A program made the position numbers and the translations under genes. This document shows, one piece after another, positions 1-9,382 of a DNA stretch of 64,000 nt; positions within the stretch are counted from its first letter, which is position 1; each line of letters opens with the position of its first letter. The notes beneath the pieces are model-generated. The model was not told the DNA's origin and did no database searches. It was given only the letters and a program-made list of their open reading frames with translations. The stretch lies in assembly GCA_964019335.1 (NCBI GenBank), contig OZ025673.1:186001-250000 (forward strand), read 5' to 3'. Origin of the DNA: Diplonema japonicum (Eukaryota; Protista; Euglenozoa: Diplonemea).

Positions 1-251
1 ATCGCCTCCATGCGGTACGGTTTCAACTTCGCTGTCTTCGGCCCTTTGTTCAACTCCATCGTCTGAGCCGCGGCTACTAACCGGCGCATGTCCATGTACG
101 TCAGCCCCCGCGACTCAAAAACCTTAATTTCACTCAACAAGTCCAGCTCAAGCAGGTCCGACGCCTTTGTCACACCTAGCGACACCAGCCTGTCGGGCTC
201 CCGCACCCCGACAGACATGCATAGCTCTGTCACCTCATTTTTTTCCATCAT
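1..251 (-). CDS. 5' part of a protein truncated by the window edge; SAM-like helical N-terminus
   Basis: ATG at 251 reads open to base 1: MMEKNEVTELCMSVGVREPDRLVSLGVTKASDLLELDLLSEIKVFESRGLTYMDMRRLV...; purine-rich leader as in the other genes. The SAM call rests on pattern resemblance only. Confidence 0.7.
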   Translation of the reverse strand, partial: MMEKNEVTELCMSVGVREPDRLVSLGVTKASDLLELDLLSEIKVFESRGLTYMDMRRLVAAAQTMELNKGPKTAKLKPYRMEA

Positions 252-375
252 TCCGTTCTTAATTCTCCCTCTTCTCTTCCTTTCTCTCGCCCCCCTTTTA
301 TCGTGTTTCAGAGGACTATGGATGATTTTTTGGTTTGAGAAGATTTCGGGGAAAAAAAATTGAATAAAAAAGTCT

Positions 376-1228
376 TCAGTCCTCCACCTCGCGTTTCCGT
401 TTCAGCATTTCCTCCTTGACCTGAGGGGGGGAGGGTGAATTTTTGAAGGAGAGAACATACCGCTTCCTCCCTTGCATCATATGTCTTAGGTAAGATGTAT
501 TTCATCCCCATCATCACCTTCAACAACGAGGAATAAACAAACCCGGGCGAGGCTTTCTGCAGCCCGATCTTCTTCATTTGAGAGTTGCTGGTTTTAAGAG
601 GCAGGAGCTGGACAAGACCCTTAGAGATGGACAGCATTCGCGAGAAGAAGTGAAGAAGAGCCTCGTTGATGGCAAGGGCGTTGTCCTCGAAGGAGGACCG
701 GAACTGCAGCACGGCCCCCTGGGAGGTCACGTCTGTGACTTGTATTTTGGTATGGGCACCGAATGTGACAAAAACCATGATAGTTGTCATTTCCATGCCC
801 TCAACCTTCTCTTGGTCTATGGAGACAGGGACAACGAGCTCCTTGGCATCAAGGCTTTCGAGAGTGATGGTAGGGTTTGTAGTTACAATGCCAGGTAAGA
901 TGTAGCTGTGCTTATTCCGAACGTCGTCCAGGTCCCTCGTTTTGTACCCGAACCACACCCCGCAGCTTCTGCATGTCATCCTGTACTGCCTCTCTGCGCC
1001 CCTTCCTGGGCGAAGGAGGTCTTTCACTTCCCCTTTGTTCACGTCCATTTTTTTTACCTTCTCCTCTCCTACGATATACGCCCCGTCTGTTACCCTGCGG
1101 GGGCAGTTCCCCAGCAGCCCTGTCATCAACATTACAGAGCTGCCACAGCGCAGACAGCAATACGTCTGGATCGCTACATCCGACTCATGGGACTCATACA
1201 CAGTGACCTGACGCCTGGTGCTCGTCAT
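376..1228 (-). CDS. STEEP1: STEEP1/CXorf56-family protein fused to a DUF167 (YggU-like) domain; 2 exons
   Basis: YCCLRCG...CPRR.TDGAYIV...ERQYRMTCRSCG matches the CXorf56 pattern, and the C-half (INEALLHFFSRML) is DUF167-like, as in plant homologues. Probable intron 460-421 (GTATG...CAG, 40 nt) gives the C-terminus VKEEMLKRKREVED*. Confidence 0.8.
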
Positions 1229-1325
1229 CTTTCTTTTCTTATTTTCCCCTCCTCGCCTTTTTTGTCCTCGGTTTTTTCTTTTTCTTTTTTTTTTTCTTTG
1301 CCGTACGTGTTAAAAAAGAATAAAG

Positions 1326-1368
1326 AGGCGATGTTTAAGGGCAAATCCCCATTTGAGGATCACCCTAA
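1326..1368 (-). repeat. Intergenic hairpin motif A, copy 1
   Basis: + strand AGGCGATGTTTAAGGGCAAATCCCCATTTGAGGATCACCCTAA, near-identical to 2316-2358 and 22689-22730. Confidence 0.9.
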
Positions 1369-1516
1369 GGGGGGGGGGGGGGGGTCTATCTTTTGTATAT
1401 ATAAAAAAAGATGTTTATGTATAAATACAAAAAAAGGAGAAAAAAAAAAAGAGAAAAAAAAAAAGGGGGATACAGAAGTACAATATAAAGAAACAAAAAG
1501 AACATGTGGGAGGGGC

Positions 1517-2086
1517 TCACATCCTCCACGGGGACCTCACGGACTGTATCTCCCTCCTCGGGGTGGTGGGTATGATTTTCGACTCCGGGCATTGCGCCTC
1601 ATTCGATTCGAAATAAAACTGCGTGTGCTGTAAATGAGGCGGCATTTCGCTTCGCGCAACCAAAGCAGGTGTTCGCGGGGTAGGAGGAGTAATGGGTGTA
1701 GAGACACACGAAGGCTGAGGAGGAATTCCCTTGGAGCCTCTATTCACATTAGGATAAGTAGGTACATGGTAGGAGTGAGTAGAAGTATGCAAGCGATGCT
1801 CCTTCCTTTCCTCGGCAATGTTGAGAGGAGTTGTGCATCCTGCTGCGGGCACGTTTCCAGACCCTTCATACCATGTGGTTTTCGCCTCCCTTGGAGGTCT
1901 GTAGTGAACTAACCCACCGCCAACTAAGAACCTCCCACCTGCCACCTTCCTTGCCCTCGGAGACATGACTCCTTCGCCTCTTCCTTTCAACACGTGCCTT
2001 TCGCTTGTTCTCAACCCAGCGCCTTGTTTTATGTTTACCTCTTTAACATACTCTTGGAGGCTCTTGCGTAGGTCATCTTCATCCAT
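1517..2086 (-). CDS. Hypothetical protein, 189 aa
   Basis: ATG after an A-rich leader, coding-like composition, no recognisable domain. Confidence 0.7.
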   Translation of the reverse strand: MDEDDLRKSLQEYVKEVNIKQGAGLRTSERHVLKGRGEGVMSPRARKVAGGRFLVGGGLVHYRPPREAKTTWYEGSGNVPAAGCTTPLNIAEERKEHRLHTSTHSYHVPTYPNVNRGSKGIPPQPSCVSTPITPPTPRTPALVARSEMPPHLQHTQFYFESNEAQCPESKIIPTTPRREIQSVRSPWRM

Positions 2087-2315
2087 TTTTCTTTTTTTTT
2101 TCCTTTCTTTTCTCGTAGTATATCTGTCCCCCGAGTATTGTCATAGTTGTACAAGATAAAAAAGAAAAAAATAATAATAAGAAATATAGAGGTATATAAC
2201 TTTCGCATTTTTCATTGGAAGCCATCGACACCCCGTGCACCGTGCATTACTTTTCTTTAGCAGAGGATCCCGTTTTCATGGATCTCCCGGCCAGAGAAGG
2301 GAGGGAGGGAAAAAA

Positions 2316-2358
2316 AGACGATGTTTAAGGGCAAATCCCACTCGAGGACCACCCTTAA
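2316..2358 (-). repeat. Intergenic hairpin motif A, copy 2
   Basis: Minus strand TTAAGGG-TG-GTCCT-CGAGT-GGGAT-TTG-CCCTTAA-ACAT, with a perfect 7-bp basal stem. Confidence 0.9.
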
Positions 2359-2566
2359 AAAAAAAAAAAAAAGAGAGGGAACTTAACTTTTGTAAAGCAA
2401 TCTTTTTTAAGAGAAAAAAAAAAGAAGAAAAACTTGGACATTCCAGAGGAATGATAAAATAATAGAAAAGTGGGAAGAAAGAAGAAATTTATTTTTCTCC
2501 ATCGCCTTTCTGCTGGAGAAGACTTCATGGAAAAACAAGGCACCTTGAAAAAGCCTTAACAGTTCT

Positions 2567-3577
2567 TCAAAGGCACACACAAGGTTTGTTGGGCCCCACA
2601 GTACCGGCAGCGACCCTGCTGGGACACCACTCCCCGACGTCACCAGTGGTGGTGAAAACAGCAACATGAGGAGCGGCTGTGGAGAGAGGGATCGTGAAGT
2701 CCTCACCTGCCTGGAGGGTTTTATGGAAGACCGTCATAGTCTGAGCATTCGAGGACCCAGCGGGCGTGAAAATAGGAGCACAGGAGGCGCCGCTCCACCC
2801 TTGCGAGGCAAGGAAGCTGGGAACCCCACCGTTATAAGCGGCAGAGCAAGGGGGGCAGTGGTACACAGCAACGAAGAAGTTACACGGAGTGTTCTTCTTA
2901 GCACAGCACTCCAGCTTGATCTCATCGTTGGAAGAGAGTGATGGGAGGCTGTGCGCCACGGACCCCGCAAGCACACTCGGGGGGTTCGCAAGCGTCCTAT
3001 CAGATGTCACAAGCTTTCCGCCAACAAAGGACATGGGAGGCTGGGGGGTAGGGACACCGTCCAACACCACTGTCACGGCCGCACAGGTTGTGCAGCAGTC
3101 CGCCCTGTGGTGGATCAGCACGGGATCGGTCCTTGCGTGCATCGCCCTGCAGTTGTTGTACCCGCACATGAGACCTGCTCCGCACTGGTCATCGTCGTCG
3201 CAGTCCCCGACCCCGAACCCACACCCAGGGTTCTCCTGGCAGTAGTCGAGGTGGAAGGGCTGGATGACCTCGCAGCAGTCCGCGTATGTCATGTACAGGG
3301 CAGCATCTGCAGGGTGCATTGTCTTGCAGTTGTTGTGACCGCACGTCAGTCCCGTCTTGCACTCAGCATCGGTGTCGCAGTCCCCTTCACCCTCTTTGCA
3401 CGGCTCCGCCACGCAGCGGTCCCAATCCCACAAGGTGCCGCCAAGCATGTTAGCGCTGACGTCACCCTTCGACACATCCTCCGCAGCCTTCTCCCCTACA
3501 CGATCCTCCTGCGCATTCTGGTCCGTTGCTGACACTGCGATTCCCGCTGCGAAGAGTGCGATGACGTACACCTGCAT
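2567..3577 (-). CDS. Secreted cysteine-rich protein with two GxGDCDxDxxCxxGLxCGxNNC repeats
   Basis: Signal peptide MQVYVIALFAAGIAVSA; two Cys repeats ending DCC; C-terminal Cys-rich domain containing YHCPPC. Confidence 0.9.
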   Translation of the reverse strand: MQVYVIALFAAGIAVSATDQNAQEDRVGEKAAEDVSKGDVSANMLGGTLWDWDRCVAEPCKEGEGDCDTDAECKTGLTCGHNNCKTMHPADAALYMTYADCCEVIQPFHLDYCQENPGCGFGVGDCDDDDQCGAGLMCGYNNCRAMHARTDPVLIHHRADCCTTCAAVTVVLDGVPTPQPPMSFVGGKLVTSDRTLANPPSVLAGSVAHSLPSLSSNDEIKLECCAKKNTPCNFFVAVYHCPPCSAAYNGGVPSFLASQGWSGASCAPIFTPAGSSNAQTMTVFHKTLQAGEDFTIPLSTAAPHVAVFTTTGDVGEWCPSRVAAGTVGPNKPCVCL

Positions 3578-3902
3578 TTTTATTTTTTTTCTTTTTTCTT
3601 GTTGTTCGCGTAATTGGTTTTCTTTTTTTTTTTTTTTTTTTTTTTTTGTTGTGTTGTGAATATTTTACACGGGGTAACAAAAAAAAAGAGAAAAAAAAAA
3701 CTGGAACAGCACACAACAAAGAAGAAGAAGGGAGAACGAAAGAAAAGGCGGGAAAGGAGAAGACGAAAGGCCACTTTGCTTGTAATTCTTTTTTTTTTAT
3801 TCCCTTTTCTCTTTTCTTTCCCCATTTTTCTTTACTACGATGCGACTATGGTAAAGGTAAAAAGAGAGAAAATGAAATGAACGCGCATGAATGTCGAGCA
3901 TC

Positions 3903-3941
<39 letters not shown>

Positions 3942-4714
3942 CTTTTTTTTTTTCTTCCCCCTTCTTCTTCTCTATTCAGTTACAAGCCGTTACACGCACG
4001 AAAAAGAGGTACATTCCTCTTCTGTTTCCTCTTCGAGATTCTGCGTTGTTCTATTCCCTTCCTTCACCCTTCTCTCTATCTGATTGACTCTTATCTTACA
4101 CAACAGAGACAAAAAGAAACTGGACATTAAAGGTTCACGTTCACCGAAAAAGAAAAGGGGGGGGCAAAGGGAGGCAGGAAGGAACAAAAACGCATAACGA
4201 AGAAACACAAGAAAAAATGGGCAGAGACGATGAAGAGTTGTTAATACAAAAAAATTGAGAAAAAAATACACACGGGCACGCTGATATTTTATTTCTTTGG
4301 CATTCACTCTAAGAAAAGAAGAAAAGAGAGAGAAAAAAAGGTATTGTGAGAAGCAAAATGAAAAGAAGAAAAAAAGAAAAAGAAGAAAAAAAAAAGGCCA
4401 AGGGTAGGAGGGGAAGAAATACAACTCTCATGACGCCAACAGTTTCATTTTTGTTCCCCCCTCGAGGTGGGGGCACAAGAAACGGCCAACACTGATACGA
4501 GACATGTTTTTCATGTTTTCTTTTTTTTTTTTTGTTTTCCTTCCCTTTTTCTTTCTCTTTTTTTTTTTTTTTTTTTTTTGTGCCCTTTTTTTTTTCTCGA
4601 TTTTCCGGTTTCCTTCCCTCTCTTTCCTCTTTCCCATGGTTCAGTATTTTCTTTTTTTTTTTTTTATTCCATTCCAAAAAGAATAGAAAGAAAAAACGTT
4701 CCCCCCCCCTATGT

Positions 4715-6991
4715 TCACTGCTTCTGCTCAGTCATGGCGAAGGACAGAGTACCACCCGCCATGAGTGCAGTGTAGTCGATATCTGTACCATTCACAGGCT
4801 TCCCGTTGAAAGAGATAGAGGAAGAGTAGACGGCTGTCTTGGAGTTCAGCGGTGCGTTGATGGAAAGGTTCTTCCCGTTACCGAGCTTGAGGGTGACGGC
4901 CTTGAAGAGAGGGGAACCGAAGACCCACTTGCCCGAGGCAGGTACAAGGTTGTAGAGGCCAAGGGAGGAGAGGACGTACCACGCACCCATCTCACCGTTG
5001 TCCTCGTCGCCGCTGAAGGTGTCAATGGAGTACAGCTGCGACATCACTTGCCTGACGTACCCCTGTGTGGTGGACAGGTCTCCACTCACGCCTGCGATGT
5101 ACAGGACGTGGTGGACAGGCTGGTTGTTGTGGGCGTACTGTCCAAAGTCAAGCACTGCCATTTCCCTCTGCTCATGGCTGGGCGATGTAGCATGATAGAT
5201 GGGGGGTGTCTCTACCACAGCTTTCACTTGTTTCACCAACTCTGCAGGCCCGCCGAAAAGCTGCTGCATGCCTTCCACGTCGAAGACGCTCTGGAGCTTG
5301 AACTGCCACGGGCCCCCCTCCACGTATGCGTCGTTCCATGCGTACTCGTCGAACTCTGTGTTCCATGACCCGTCCATGTTCTTGGGCGAAGGGAACCCCG
5401 TCTTGTTGTTGAAGATGTTCTTGTAGTACTTGGACCTCGCCAGCAGGTCCGCCGCGTCGCTTGTCTTCCCTAGCTTCTCTGCCGCCCTCGAGATCGTGTA
5501 GTCGCAGAATGCGTACTCCTGCGTCCTCGCCACATTGTTGCAACAGCATGCGCATGACCACGTGATCCCGCCCGCAGGGACAAACTTGTACTTCAAAAAT
5601 TCCTTCAGCCCGTTCCTCCCCCTCTGCACGGGGTCGTTCAGCTGCACCTCTTCGTAAGCGTCCTTCCTGATGGCCTCGTAAGCGGTGGCGTAGTCCACCC
5701 CAGGGATCTCGTTCACAATGGCGTCCGCTACCACGATGTCCCCCATGGTGCCCACCATGGTGCCCCTGTACCCCGGCGACGCCCATTTCGGCAGCCACCC
5801 GCCCTCCTTGTAAGACTCCACGTAGCCCTGGATGAGAACGCCGAGCTTGTCGGCGTACAGCAGGGTCAGCAGCGGGTACACGGTGCGGTAGGCGTCCCAG
5901 AACCCGTGGTCCGTGGAGAGCACACCATCGAAGACCTGCCCCTTCTCTGGGGTAGGGGTGTACGGGGAGTAGTGCACCTCCTTCCCGGTGGTGTCGATCT
6001 CGTACATCTTCCTCGGGAACATGGAGGCCCTGTACAGGCAGCTGTACAGCACGCCCACAGAGTCCACCTCATCGCCCGCATCGTCGATCTGGTACCTGCC
6101 GAGGTGCTCGTTCCAGAGGTCGGTGGACTCAGCGAGGAGCTGGTCGAAGTTCTTGGCACCGACTTCGCGTTTAAGCGCCTCCTGCGCCATCGGGATGGAG
6201 ATGTAGCTGGTGGCGACGGAGAAGTCAAGCGACGTGCATGTTGTGTCGAAAGCAACTTGGATCTTGTTCTTCGAGACCTGCGTGACCTTCGTGGGGGCAC
6301 ACGAGAAGTTCCCGTAAACGTACATCTTAAAGGTGGGGCATTGATCCCCGAAGAAGGACGTTCCGCAGCTGGTGGACTTTGTGGTGTAGCCAGTGAGAAC
6401 GTTGCCGGCGACGGTGACGCTGTCTGAGGGCAGGGGCATCGTGAGGTAGAAGTACCTAGTCTGGTCCATGAGGACGCGTGTGTCCTGCGGGCCGAAGGCA
6501 GTGTTGATGATGGCAGCACGCTCTGTGGAGGTGACGGAGATGCGTGGCGCGTAGACGTTCTTAGCCGCGGGCTGCCCACCCTGCCCGACCATCTGCCACT
6601 GCTTAGTCGAGATGAGATCAGGCCTCCATGTCGAATCCTTGTTCGGGTTGAATATGGAATACTCCATGTTGTTCGTGTCCTTCAAAGCAGGCCCCACAGA
6701 CGTCATCACGTGGAAGTGCCCGTAATCGTTCATCCAAGGCGAGGGCTGATGGGTGCACTTCACTCCATACAGCTTTGTATGCCCAGAGTCGAACCAGAAT
6801 CCGTTCGGCTCATTCTGTACATCCGTCATGACCGACCATGTGTTCATCCCCCAAGGCCTCCCCACCAAAGGGAGGGTGTTCCCATTGGAGAAATCCATCA
6901 CACTCCTCGTGCCCTGTAGCACGTTCACATACTTGACCGGGTCTGTAATGGGTGCAGCTAGTGCATGAGCTGCTAGTAAACAGCTTAACAT
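4715..6991 (-). CDS. Glycoside hydrolase family 92 alpha-mannosidase, secreted
   Basis: Signal peptide; GNTLP..PWG, THQPSPW..DYG, GFWDAYRT, YVEG (catalytic acid), GQYAHNNQPVHH and GDEDNGEMGAWY motifs; 758 aa; CDS has no introns. Confidence 0.96.
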   Translation of the reverse strand: MLSCLLAAHALAAPITDPVKYVNVLQGTRSVMDFSNGNTLPLVGRPWGMNTWSVMTDVQNEPNGFWFDSGHTKLYGVKCTHQPSPWMNDYGHFHVMTSVGPALKDTNNMEYSIFNPNKDSTWRPDLISTKQWQMVGQGGQPAAKNVYAPRISVTSTERAAIINTAFGPQDTRVLMDQTRYFYLTMPLPSDSVTVAGNVLTGYTTKSTSCGTSFFGDQCPTFKMYVYGNFSCAPTKVTQVSKNKIQVAFDTTCTSLDFSVATSYISIPMAQEALKREVGAKNFDQLLAESTDLWNEHLGRYQIDDAGDEVDSVGVLYSCLYRASMFPRKMYEIDTTGKEVHYSPYTPTPEKGQVFDGVLSTDHGFWDAYRTVYPLLTLLYADKLGVLIQGYVESYKEGGWLPKWASPGYRGTMVGTMGDIVVADAIVNEIPGVDYATAYEAIRKDAYEEVQLNDPVQRGRNGLKEFLKYKFVPAGGITWSCACCCNNVARTQEYAFCDYTISRAAEKLGKTSDAADLLARSKYYKNIFNNKTGFPSPKNMDGSWNTEFDEYAWNDAYVEGGPWQFKLQSVFDVEGMQQLFGGPAELVKQVKAVVETPPIYHATSPSHEQREMAVLDFGQYAHNNQPVHHVLYIAGVSGDLSTTQGYVRQVMSQLYSIDTFSGDEDNGEMGAWYVLSSLGLYNLVPASGKWVFGSPLFKAVTLKLGNGKNLSINAPLNSKTAVYSSSISFNGKPVNGTDIDYTALMAGGTLSFAMTEQKQ

Positions 6992-7327
6992 TTTCTTTTT
7001 TTTTCGTTTTCCTCCTCCCTTCCTTCGTCCTTTAGATATGTGGGGGGGGGGGGGGGGGGGTTGGGTCAGAGGCTAAAAAAATATGAAATAAGCTAAAGGG
7101 GATGAAACAAGAAAGGGAAGAAAAAAAAAAAAAAGCAATTCTCTTTTTTTTTTTTCCCCCTTTTTCTTTGTTCCCCTTTTTTTTTGGATAATGAGATACT
7201 AATGAAAGCAATAAAAGAGTAGAAGTAAAAAAAAAAAAAAAAACCATACGGTTTCTTTTTTTTTTTTTCGTTTTTTTTTTTCTGGGTAAATATGAATGAA
7301 AATGGAAAAAGAAAAAGAAAAATATAA

Positions 7328-7360
7328 GAGATAAAGGAGGCCAGTGTTGGCGGCGCCCTA
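7328..7360 (-). repeat. Intergenic hairpin motif B, copy 1
   Basis: Minus strand C-GCCA-ACAC-TGGC-CTCCTTTATCTC; matches copy 4 at 27 of 29 nt (7324-7352 vs 22435-22463). Confidence 0.85.
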
Positions 7361-8006
7361 AAAAAAGCAAGCTTGTAAATGCAGGGGGAAAACTGTTTTT
7401 TTTGGGGGGGGTACTAAGAGCCCTTTAAAAAAAGGGATTGAAAAATACCTTCAGAAAAAAAAGAGGAGAGCTATTAATTACCAACAAAACTATGACGAGT
7501 AATGTAATAATGGCTCACAAGACGGTTAGAAGCTGTTTTATTTCACCTTGCTTTTTCTTTTTTTTTTTCTTCTTCTCAAAGCAGCATCAAGACCCTCGGA
7601 GTAACAAAACAAAAAAAATGAAGAGGGTACCACCACTCCACTCCTTTGGGTCCGCTTGCCGAGAATTACTAAAACAAAAAAAAAAGGGGGGACGGGAAAC
7701 CCGCAAACCCCGGGTGCCAATATCTGGGCGATTTATCTTTTTCAAGAAACAACGGGTGGGAGTGATAGTGGTTTGGTGGTTGATCTATCGTAAATCGTTG
7801 ACAATGTGTGGGGAGTGGCAATAAGCTGGGGGGGGGGGGGTATAAAACAACAATAATATATATGGTCAGTTCCTCGACAACTGTCCACAGGCCACTACAA
7901 ACAAAATAAGATCTATAACAAGTACTAGGGACACTAAACCCTCCCCATCATATTTGAGTTTGGAAAAAACGTACAGAACAACAAAACAAAACAACAAAAA
8001 ATATAT

Positions 8007-8041
8007 GAGTTAAAGGAAGTCTTTGTGAGACGCCCCCTTGT
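8007..8041 (-). repeat. Intergenic hairpin motif B, copy 2
   Basis: Minus strand ACAAGGGGG-C-GTCT-CACAA-AGAC-TTCCTTTAACTC. Confidence 0.8.
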
Positions 8042-8089
8042 TCTCATCTTCTACCTGCACCTAAAAAAAAACAAAACAACAAAAACATC

Positions 8090-9151
8090 TCACGAGTAAA
8101 TGATAACGGGGGCGGAGATCACATCCGTGTTGGCAGCAAGTGTGCTACCCGAAATATTAAGGGCCCAGACCCAAGCACCGACAGGGATGCAATGAAGCAA
8201 CGCGCCTTTAGAGGAAAAGACACCAATGGAACGGGACGACGACGAGGACCCGACACGCTCAATAATGGACGACCCACCCACCAAAACGTTCCCTGAAGTA
8301 TCAAAACACACATCTTGCGGAAACGACAGCATCCCTTGCCCGATGGTCCTCAGGAGCAAACCCGTTCGAGAAAACACAGAAACACAAGAATCGGTATTGT
8401 TCACAACAGCAATGAGCTTGTCATCATGCGACACCCCGATCCCCCTGTAGTCCTTATCTGTAACAGACATTTGATGAACAACGCGCATGGTATCCACAGC
8501 GTTCCACTCTGCTATGTAAATATCGTGTTCTTTACAATGCAAGGCGACCGATCGACACCCTGCACCCATGAAGCTCACCTCGTTCTCTGTTGGGATCGTT
8601 AATACAAGCCTTCCTGTTGGAGACCACACCCCATCAGTTCGTGGTGCAAGAACTATGAGGTTCAGATACGGGTTTGCTGGTGATTTGCACGCCAGGATGA
8701 CATCGCCATCAAGAGTTACTGCAGTGCACATTATTGTCGACATTGAAAAGTCTTCGACTGCGATGGTTTGTGCGGTGCGGCCGGTTTCGATATTCAGAAC
8801 GGAAAGGTATTGAAAGCTGTGGATGAGGACGTGGTCAGTGTATTTTGACAGGCATAGGGGTGCGCCTTCGTCGGCTTGGAGGCGTTTTGTCTTCAGTTCT
8901 GCGTAGTTCGGCGGTGCGGAGTTCACCGCTACGTCGACGACGCAGTCCGCGCCCAGCCCTTGCGCTCCTAGCGCCGTTTCCAGCTCAACCTCAGCGCCCT
9001 CATACGCCACGCAGTACCTCACCCCCTCCGCCACCCCTCCTACGGAGCGAACCGCGTCGTACAAATCACGTCCTGTCCCATCGATGTCCATCTCCACACT
9101 TCTCATCTCACCGTCTGGAAGACGAATGAAGACTTGCATGGCACCTTCCAT
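8090..9151 (-). CDS. Ubiquitin-like domain + NHL/beta-propeller protein
   Basis: ATG 9151 after an A-rich leader; MQVFIRLPDG...GLGADCVVDV is ubiquitin-fold-like; YRGIGVS and FPQDVCFDTSGNVLV are NHL-type blades. Confidence 0.8.
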   Translation of the reverse strand: MEGAMQVFIRLPDGEMRSVEMDIDGTGRDLYDAVRSVGGVAEGVRYCVAYEGAEVELETALGAQGLGADCVVDVAVNSAPPNYAELKTKRLQADEGAPLCLSKYTDHVLIHSFQYLSVLNIETGRTAQTIAVEDFSMSTIMCTAVTLDGDVILACKSPANPYLNLIVLAPRTDGVWSPTGRLVLTIPTENEVSFMGAGCRSVALHCKEHDIYIAEWNAVDTMRVVHQMSVTDKDYRGIGVSHDDKLIAVVNNTDSCVSVFSRTGLLLRTIGQGMLSFPQDVCFDTSGNVLVGGSSIIERVGSSSSSRSIGVFSSKGALLHCIPVGAWVWALNISGSTLAANTDVISAPVIIYS

Positions 9152-9382
9152 ATTTGCTTTTCTTTTTTTCCCTCTCTTTTCTTTTTGAAGTAAGAATAAA
9201 ACAAAAACAAAAAAAAACAGAAGAATATCAAATACATTGATGTTTTTTTTTGTTTTTTTTTCCAATAGAACCAATAACAACGGGGGGGGGGGGGGTGAAT
9301 GAGGACGGAGGAGAAAGGGAAAGGGGGGGGGGGTATCTATAACTATCTATCTTTTTTTTTTCTCCTTTTTTTTCTCTTTTTC

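Noticed and set aside
7199-7249. Possible 51-nt 5'UTR intron of GH92 (GTATGG...TTAG)
   Set aside because: Plausible, but there is no reading frame to validate it; not counted among the 27 introns.
7333-7340. AAAGGAGG as a bacterial Shine-Dalgarno site (also at 11167 and 22444)
   Set aside because: The context is eukaryotic and no credible + strand gene follows; it is the complement of motif B.
7866-7951. Box C/D snoRNA (minus strand ATGATGG ... CTGA, 86 nt)
   Set aside because: The C box is imperfect, there are no clear C'/D' boxes, and I cannot recognise an rRNA target; it would need a snoscan search.
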